This document shows positions 56,300 to 64,000 of a stretch of DNA of 64,000 bases, piece by piece. Made by a program: the position numbers and the translations under genes. The notes under the pieces are model-generated. The model saw nothing but the letters and a program-made list of their open reading frames with translations, searched no databases and was not told where the DNA came from. The stretch spans positions 2,265,361 through 2,329,360 of the forward strand of contig CM074805.1 in assembly GCA_037447605.1 (NCBI GenBank). The letters run 5' to 3'. Origin of the DNA: Zygnema circumcarinatum SAG 698-1b (taxonomy: Eukaryota; Plantae; Zygnematophyceae). The first letter of the stretch is position 1. Every line of letters starts with the position of its first letter.

Positions 56300-59138
56300 A
56301 ATGCTGTGATGTGATAACATCGCAATGTGATCTTTACACACACAGCTGGAACTGAAGATGATTTTGGATGAGAAACTAAATGATGTTCTCACTAACTCTT
56401 GCTGGGAGAGGTTCGTACACTCTGGGAACCGCTAAGCTGACTTGAGTCAGCCAATTCTAGAGGGGATTTAACCTCCAGATTTGGCGTGGCCAGTGTCGTA
56501 AGCAGTGACGACTGGAAATGACTGAGCAGTGAGGCGAGGGCAAGGCTATCAAGGGTTACAGGAAACTGGCTTGCAGCTCACGACAACTCGAAGGAAGTGC
56601 GGGAGCCGGCACCATGTATGGGGCCGGCCACTACTCAGCGGGCTGCACAGCAAACCCCAGGGTGGGGAGGGCGGCGCATCGGCAGAAGGAGAAGAAAAGC
56701 TCGGCAGGATCTGCTTCAAGTGCAAGAAGCGAGGTCCCTGAGGTGCAAGGTCAGATGAGTCGCCTGATCGCTGGAAGGCCGAGAGGTTAACTTTGTTGGG
56801 AACCCAGTTGCAGTGCTGAAAGACAGCCATGATGGTCGCTTCAGGCGCTTGCTAACAAACCGGCCTCCAGCAAGGTTTGATCTCAGGACCTCCCGGTATT
56901 CACCTAAGTGCTTTACCATTAAAAGGCAACCGCGGATGTAAGTACTAAGTCATACACTCCATGTATACCGTTCGTTACATTCCTCCCCACCTAAACCGTG
57001 CTCGTCCTCGAGCACCATGCTCAAGGGTTTTCGCCTTCGAGCTCCTTTGTCTCTTGACCTTCAGACGGCTCCAGCTCAACCAATCTGTACCATGCTCAGA
57101 GATCACGGTGTTTTTAGGGTGGATTGCAAATACCAGTCCTTAGGCTCTGATACCAATGTAACAAACCGGCCTCCAGCAAGGTTTGATCTCAGGACCTCCC
57201 GGTATTCACCTAAGTGCTTTACCATTAAAAGGCAACCGCGGATGTAAGTACTAAGTCATACACTCCATGTATACCGTTCGTTACACTTCCACACACATGT
57301 GTGGCGACAAGCAGATGTTCTCCACGTTGGACACACTGGAGAAGACTCGATCTGTTCACTCGGCGCCGGAGAGGAGTGGCAAGTCCAGCGAAGGTGAGAT
57401 CATGGGGTGATTCTCGAGAGCGGCTCTGTCATGTGAAGAGAGAGGGAGGAGCATTTGTGTTTCGGTGATGTACTCCACACCCCGAACTGAAGCAGAACTT
57501 AGTGTCTTAGCCAGGTGTGTAGGGGGGGGTGCGAGATCACATTCAAGGAAAGTCTTGCGTAGCTACTCACGTGACGGGGAAGCGATGTAGCCATGGTATG
57601 GCGACAAAGGATGAAGATGTGATGGGTGTTTCTGAAAATGCCAGTGAATCTGTGGCATCCTAGCTTGAACATTGTGAACTGCAGCGCTATCTAAGGCTCA
57701 TACTAGGTGACATGAATGTGAGGTGGAGAGAACAACCTTCAGAGGATGTGTAGAGGGAAGGTCAAAGCCGTTCACGAGATGGAGGGAGCGTCTGCATCAG
57801 AGAAGACTCGAGTGGATCACCAACCTTTGTGGCCCCGTAGACACCGCAACAATGGAGGAGCTCGGTACTTCATCACTTTTCGCGAATTTTCGAGGAAAAT
57901 TTGAGTGAAAATTCTCAAGAACAAGTCTGGGGCCTTCGGAACCTTCAAGACTGACGGCTGGGATGGAGCGGAGAGGCGGACGGACTGAAGAGCTGTGCAC
58001 TCAGACAACGGAGGGGAATTGAAGTCGGAGGAGTTCGGCGAGTACTTAAAGGCTCGCGGGATAAGGCATGAATTTTCTGCTCCTTACTCCCCTCAAAGTA
58101 ATGGAGCTGCTGAAAGGGTAAATAGGACGTTGGGGGACATGGCGCGGACCATGCTGATAGATTCCCCCTTCCCGGCTTCTTTCTAGGGAGAGGCGGTGAT
58201 GACCGCAGCTTACCTTAGGAATAGATGCCCATCTTCTGTGCTCAATGACCAGGTTCCTGAGGAGGTGTGGAGTGGGAGAAGCCACGAGTTTCCTCCTGAA
58301 GGCCTTCAAGCGCGTCTCATCAGCGGTGCGAAGGCGAGACAGAAGGGAAGTTCGAAGCCGCGAACCCGTGAAGGATATGTTCTCAGCTCAGGCATGGGCA
58401 GCGCACCTGCAGGATTGGAATGCCGGAGCGGAAGTGCGAGCTGGACATTGGGGTGGGCGGAAAGGGGTGGTGACACGACTAGGTGAGACCCAGCCCCAAA
58501 AGGCAGGATTGGAGATTGTGTATGAGGACGTGGAGACCAGCGGAGAAGGCGTTGAAGCTTCTCAGGTCCCGGTTTTGGAGGAGATCAGCACGCCGGAGAG
58601 CGGAGGAGCTGACTCGGGAGCAACACCGAACGTCGAGGCGGATGCGGGAGTCGAACCCGAAGTGCCGCAAGCGGGGGAGCCGGAGAAATCGACGGAGACG
58701 GCTCCACTACACACTCACCTGTCGGATGAGGAGGACTCGGTCGAAACTGTACCTTTGCACGGGCAGGAGTCTGAGGACTTGGAGATGGCCGAGAGAGACG
58801 CGATGAGGGCAAGGATGCCTCCGGGATTTGTTCCCGGAATTTTCTTCAACTCGAGGAGTGGGAGAACGCAAGGACCGCGGAGGAGCACCCGTGTGGTGAG
58901 GAGGCCTGACCGATACAGGCCGTCGCAGACTAACCTGATGCAGGAGAGAGTGCCTACGGACTCTGCTGACCTCGCAGGAGTTGCCCACTGCTACATGATT
59001 ACCGAGCCGCAAACCTTTGAGGAGGCTCACGATGGGGTCGATGGAGCGAAGTGGCGAGCAACGATCGATAGCGAGTGGAATAGTCTGATAGAGAACGGGA
59101 CGTGGCGACTGGAGAAGCTGCCGAAGGGAAGGAGAGCC
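56300..59138 (+). mobile_element. Decayed Ty1/Copia LTR retrotransposon internal region (gag-PR-INT-start of RT), interrupted by a TRIM and ending at a gap
   Basis: Zinc knuckle CFKCKKRGP (~56710); protease motif MVASGA[S]THMCGDK split by the TRIM; integrase core HSDNGGE...GIRHEFSAPYSPQSNGAAERVNRTL...F*GEAVMTAAYLRNRCP (57995-58230, in-frame stop); RT start EPQTFEEA...WRATIDSEWNSLIENGTWRLEKLPKGRRA (~59000-59138). Integrase before RT is the Copia order. Confidence 0.9.
56850..57285 (-). mobile_element. TRIM 1 (terminal-repeat retrotransposon in miniature, ~436 bp) with tRNA-like core in its LTRs
   Basis: LTRs at 57157-57285 and ~56850-56979 are identical apart from the damaged outer left terminus. 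PBS TGGTATCAGAGC (tRNA-iMet type, 57155-57144) follows the 5' LTR, and PPT GTGGGGAGGAA (56990-56980) precedes the 3' LTR. The ~177-bp interior is non-coding. Probable TSD CTTCC/CTTGC. Confidence 0.92.
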
Positions 59139-59156
59139 NNNNNNNNNNATACTTTT

Positions 59157-59600
59157 TGTAACGAACCTGCCTCCAACAGGGTTCGAACTCAGGACCTTCC
59201 GGTACCCACACAAGTGCTTTACCATTAAAAGGCAACCACGGATGTAAGTACTCGGCCATACAACCCATGTATAGCGTTTCGCTACATTCCTCCCCACCTA
59301 AACCGGGCTCGTCCTCGAGCGCAGTCAAGGTTTTTCACGAGCAGCGTCCAAGCTCCTTCAACACATGCGAGGATATACGGTTCAGACCCTCTGGCCAACC
59401 GTACCATGCTCGGAGATCACGGTGTTTTTAGGGTGGATTGCAAATACTGGGCCCTTGGCTCTGATACCAATGTAACGAACTTGCCTCCAGCAGGGTTCGA
59501 ACTCAGGACCTCCCGGTACCCACACAAGTGCTTTACCATTAAAAGGCAACCGCGGATGTAAGTACTTGGCCATACAACCCATGTATAGCGTTTCGCTACA
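59157..59600 (-). mobile_element. TRIM 2 (444 bp), related subfamily with tRNA-like core in its LTRs
   Basis: 130-bp TG...CA LTRs at 59157-59286 and 59471-59600 differ by 5 transitions (manual count). PBS TGGTATCAGAGC 59469-59458; PPT 59297-59287; exact 5-bp TSD CTTTT (59152-59156, 59601-59605). Confidence 0.95.
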
Positions 59601-60110
59601 CTTTTGATGAGCGCCTTTTTTCTGTGTGTCATCGTCTTTTGAGTCCGGGTATTTTTGACCGGCCGGAAGGTCCACTTGCTCGTCTGCAGGCCTCACTTCC
59701 TATTTTTGCAGGTGGTTTGGGGCTTGTCCCCACTGCGCGTGTTGCATCCCCTGCTTTTTTGGGTAGCTGGGCTCTTGTTGCTCTAGTTTTAGCTTTGCGT
59801 TTCCTTGTGGATGATCGTCCGTTGCTTCAGTCTGTTGTTGCTCATGTTGATGATGGTCATCTTCCGTTCCAGGTTGCTTTGCGTGCTGCTCATGGTTTGC
59901 TCCCTCCTAGCGCTTAGGCTCGCGTCCCCCCTTTTGCTTCTTTAGCTGTTGAATCAGTTTCACGTGTCCAGCCCACTACGACCGAGGAGGTTGTTGCCGC
60001 TGATTTTTCTACCCTTCTTGCAGCTCTCCCTTCCGATGTTGCATGTGCTCGGTTGCGATCTTGTGTTGGTCCTGGTGCAGGGGCGTTGTGTTGATGTATA
60101 GGTACATCAA
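59601..60110 (+). mobile_element. Non-LTR retrotransposon fragment, RLE-type (CRE/R2-like) post-RT region
   Basis: Translation ...RLQASLPIFAGGLGLVPTARVASPAFLGSW... then ARLRSCVGPGAGA, interrupted by stops. The (Q)AxLPxxxGGLG motif is typical of the thumb region of RLE-clade elements. Confidence 0.6.
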
Positions 60111-60619
60111 GGTGTTGGTACTTAGTTCCTAGCATGGATGTTGTCCAAGAGATCATGTGTTGATGTAGGGGCAATGTCATGTATGAATGGTCATGTTTGG
60201 TATAGGACCAAACATGGGGATACTTAAATGTTGGGGCCTTGATATGCGGCAGGTCACAAGGAAGGTCTAGAATTAAAATAGATTCACAGCTTGAAGCTTA
60301 GACCATTACCAAAGGGAGTCTCTTATTTGAATCTTTGATAGTGGTCTGGAGGCGTGGCTATGCAACGGCGCGCGCAGCTATGCAGACGGCGGAAATATTG
60401 GGGCCAGCGGAGGTCTTTAGTGCGAAGAAGCGGATCTGCACTAGCGGCGTGATTGAGGTGGCGCCAGAGTGCGGGCTCAGCAGCATATCCAGCGAACATA
60501 GCGATGATTAGGTATGTACTTTGAAATACGGACATTGAAATTTAGAGTCTTTGAGCACAGCGGTAGTGGCGTGTGCCCGGCAGCAAATTCAAAAGTGACA
60601 AACTTTTATCAAGGCTCAG

Positions 60620-61700
60620 CCTTGATGAATCCCGAGAGAGTGAGGAGAAGCTGGCTGCGCCAATGATGTCTCATGTGAGAACATTATATATGGCGAGTCG
60701 GAAGCCCGTGTCACGTCCGAGGTAGGCACAGGGCCTAGGTGCAGTGGCGACGAAGTAAAACACGAGGTCCCACATGCAGCTGAGTTAGCGAGGAGTCAGA
60801 TCTTACGGCGCAGGACGCGGATCAAGATGGGGCTGAGTCGGATCCGACGGGCTGAGGAGCTGGATCCGTGTAAGCTGAGGAGGATCCGACGGCGCAAGGT
60901 TAGGATCAGGATAAGGCCCTTGCAAGGCGCTGCATGGGTGGCCGTGACATGACGGCGTCACGTGACAAAGGCCGCCATGGTATATGAGGGAGCAAGCTTG
61001 GCTTCCTACTCACTCACTCACTCACTCGAGACGTTATGCTGCTCAACCTTCGTGTTAGGAAGAGTAGGCAGAGGCGAGGCCTTGAAGGAGTCGGCCTTGT
61101 GTAGGGGTCGTGAAAAGAGCGTCTCTCATCATGGTTAGCTCTAGTGAAAGAGTTAGAGATGTGTCCCTCTCGTGTTGAGGTAGAGAAGTTCAAGCAGCAG
61201 CTACTGCGTGGGGTGTAAGCTGCTCGAGGAGGATAGGGTAGTGCTCATGAGAGGAGGAGAATCGGGCATAAGGTTATATGTAGATTTCCAAAGAGAGCTT
61301 GTATTACACCTATGAATGTTAAGGAGTTTTAGGGCCGAGGGCTTTCTCCTTATACTTGTGTCATTCGTCATGTGAATCCTTGTGTTGGATTGGAGTGATG
61401 AATGAGTGGGCACTGTTTCATTATGGGCGGTGTATCACACGTGGGGAACCATTGGAGGAGCGTGGAGTTGAAGGAGCCGAGACCATGGAGAAGATGAAGA
61501 AGTGTTCTTGTAGGTGGCGCGTTTTGTTTTCCGTTGTGCGCACCTGGTGAGGGGAGGAAGAGAAGGCATACTGTGGCGGATGCGGTATGTGGCCTAAGTG
61601 TTAGTGTATGATAGTTAACATGCTTTTGTTGGAACATTAGTTTTGTGTGTTTGTGTTGTGTGTTTCCTTGGCGTGCCTAGGATTGAAATGTGGCCGGTCG
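60620..61700 (+). mobile_element. Probable LTR-retrotransposon LTR/leader remnant
   Basis: TATA-like tatatgaggg followed by (CTCA)n. The segment aaggagttttagggccgagggctttctcct (~61321) resembles aaggagttttagagccgtgagctttctcct (~55808) upstream of the Copia gag. Termini were not identified. Confidence 0.4.
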
Positions 61701-62044
61701 CAGGACATTTGAGGTGGGTGGAAAGAGGCGCCAGCGGCCCAGTCAGAAAGTGACGGCGATCACGGCTGAGAGAAATCGGAAAAATGGCGATAATGAATGC
61801 CCCGGGGCCTTNNNNNNNNNNNNNNNNNNNNNNNNNNNNNNNNNNNNNNNNNNNNNNNNNNNNNNNNNNNNNNNNNNNNNNNNNNNNNNNNNNNNNNNNN
61901 NNNNNNNNNNNAGGGAGAGGGAGAGGGAGAGGAGAGGGAAAGAAAGGAGAGAGGTAGAGTGGTGAAGAAGTTAGAGAGTGGATATTGCAGGAGAGAACTC
62001 CGGGAGGGAAAGACAGAAAGAGAGAAGAGGGAGAAAAGTGTTAC

Positions 62045-62721
62045 CTCATTTTGAATGGGGACAATTTTTGTTGTGGCTTGCGTGAAAGCAAGCAACGTCG
62101 ATGGGTCCACGTTCTCTTTCTCTAACATCTGGAGTTCATGTGTATGAACTCCAGATGTGAAAACAGTTGTCGGAAAAGCAATGGCATGAGGTACAACAGG
62201 TTGCTGCAGAGGTGAGGTGAGGTGGCATCTCCTCATCTGGAGCAATAGTCAGGACACAATGTGACGGTGAGTAATTAACTGCTCTAAAATTGGCTCAAAC
62301 AAGAGAATTTCCTACCTTTCGCAAACCAAGACAGACGAGAGCGATGCATTCTTCATGGCAAAGGGTAGTAGAGGCAGCGAAGCACACTGAGAAGGAAAGG
62401 ACACCAAGCAGGAGGCAAGGCCACGCGAACATCCTCTCTTATCTTCGTATTGCGTAAGAGTTCTTTCCAACAAAAGTATGAGAAAATAAGGATAAGGTAA
62501 GGATGGGAAGAACAAAAATACGAAAAAATGGGAGGGTTGGGAAATAGAGTGAAAGCGGGAGAGAGGTGGGATACCGCGCCGGTCGGTTTTGGAGGAGCCG
62601 CTGGCTGGCACTGAGCAAGAGGACGCTTCTGCCATGGCTGGGCGCACGCTAGGGAGGAGGGAGGCTGTGAGGTGGCGCAAGCGGGCTGGGAGGGGGATGT
62701 CGTGCCGGGTGTGGACGCCAT
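62045..62721 (-). CDS. Possible 5' exons of an unidentified gene or TE ORF running into the gap
   Basis: ATG at 62721 (MASTPGTTSPSQP...) and an exon-like segment 62203-62045 bounded by CAG and GAG|GTAACA (QPVVPHAIAFPTTVF...PIQNE). No homology recognised. Confidence 0.25.
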
Positions 62722-63029
62722 GGTGACGCCTGCCGCCAATACCATTCTCGCTGAGAATCGGTAAAACCACCGCTTTGGGTGGTGATAAGTCGCAGATAGG
62801 TCAGTATCGACACAAGTCCTAGGGCTTCATGACCAATTTCGACTTGTAATGGTCACCAGCGTTGACTTGCATTTGGTTCGGCACGTTCGCAAAGTAATCA
62901 TTATTACCAATTTCTCTATCCCCGATTACCAATTACCAAGCTGTACGATTACCAAGTTTTGTTTAAGTCTGAGACCCCCTAATATGAGGCAAAAATATGA
63001 ATTTTGCATATATAAGGTTCGTGTTACGA

Positions 63030-63770
63030 ATAGACGGGTGGTATTACGTTAGAGTTCATGCTGGACCGCACGATCGTAATCGCATTTACATCGCATCAGA
63101 TCGTGACATTGCCTCGCTTAATATCGTGATCAGACGCGGCTAAGCGTCGCGGACGCGATGCATCGAAGTTTTCCCGCCTCGTTGTTCGCTCCCAGCTCAG
63201 ACGGCCGCATCTTTAATAATACCATATCGGGCTGCCAGACACGCCTAGTATCGCAGTATCGCACTTCATCGCTTCGCATCGCATCGCATCGGGGCTCTAA
63301 GAAGGGGAGAAGAGCGAGCGCCTTACCGCCAAGCATCGAAATGAGATAGGTGAGTTTTGCGAAGCCCGCACCCGCCAGCGCGCATAGTAACGCTAGTACC
63401 TGCTAGTACCTAACAAGACGGTCAATAAGCAACACAAGTTACCGCATAAAAGGTGGTTTCGCAAAAATCGGGCGAAAAATATTGAGGACGACCAGGGTGG
63501 TAAATAATGGTGACCCCTTAATCGTAGACCGGGTGCGGTTAAACGTGACGACACGGGCGCCAGCGGCACGGTAATCGACCGACCGCGGTAGCATGCATCG
63601 TATACGGATGTACCGCATCAGCATCAGATGTCGTCATTTCTATGTACAAGAGGGCGTAACGCGAAACTTCACGGTAGCTTACGCAGGGGTCTCGTATTTA
63701 CCGCCCCAAGGAGTGCGCCCCTCAAGAAATTCGCCCCGATTTTGCTTTAAAACCACCTTTTTGTACCTGC
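63030..63770. repeat. Copies of the 55.1-55.4 kb repeat family in opposite orientations
   Basis: Segment 63431-63520 (minus) and segment 63685-63770 (plus) are imperfect inverted copies separated by ~165 bp; CATCG pentamer runs flank them. Confidence 0.65.
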
Positions 63771-64000
63771 ACTTGCGCTAGCTGCATCGTTTGCATCGCT
63801 CGCATCGTCCTCTGCATTTAGCCGTATCAGCTGCTACGGGCTTTGTAGCACAACGGAGCCGCGCTCGACGGATCCGGCCCCGCCGTAATCGCACATATTC
63901 ATATTCAACCGCATAATCCGTGAGTTGCCGACTCGAGAATGCGCAAAGGCGGGCGCCATGTGTTGGCGCCTAATTTTAACAAAGACACCATCCAAATTTG

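Noticed and set aside
57168-59547. Functional tRNA genes within the TRIM LTRs
   Set aside because: The D arm is truncated, the T and anticodon stems pair poorly and the anticodon region differs between copies; treated as tRNA-derived cores only.
56850-59600. CRISPR-like array or Cassandra (5S) elements
   Set aside because: The repeats are paired LTRs with PBS, PPT and TSD, not repeat-spacer units, and no 5S rRNA internal-control-region sequence is present.
60323-60535. Minus-strand ORF faintly resembling the Copia RNase H end (ADPLLRTKDL)
   Set aside because: Upstream RNase H motifs are absent and the similarity is too weak to call.

Overview
This is eukaryotic, intron-rich, GC-rich nuclear DNA with five assembly gaps (N runs at 10781-10790, 45503-45602, 55672-55681, 59139-59148 and 61812-61911). 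The gene content points to a streptophyte green alga (inference): land-plant-type genes (Pelle-type receptor kinase, PUB-like ARM protein, plastid peptide deformylase, GT61) sit alongside PSTK, which land plants have lost. Positions 1-55 kb are gene-dense. In order: multi-PAS hybrid histidine kinase (+, 5' end outside the window), ARM protein (-), GAR1 (+), receptor-like kinase (+), PSTK (-), GT61 glycosyltransferase (+), PDF1B (-), CHERP-like SURP/CID protein (+), a non-autonomous hAT element, KPHMT/panB (+), an 11-exon membrane-bound NRPS-like gene (+), a fungal-type alpha-amylase (+, 5' half in a gap), a bacterial-type GHL10 hydrolase (-) and a possible orphan gene (+). Positions 55-64 kb are a transposon nest: a decayed Copia element, two TRIMs and a CRE/RLE-like non-LTR fragment. 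Two observations stand out. First, the NRPS-like gene has a Pls/polymer-synthetase architecture (A-T-3x[TM+left-handed beta-helix]) with an acyl-CoA-ligase-type A domain, and it is flanked by panB and two microbial-type glycoside hydrolases. Second, both TRIMs carry a tRNA-derived core with a Pol III B box in their ~130-bp LTRs, analogous to the 5S-bearing Cassandra elements. All gene models were spliced and translated by eye; no database search was run.
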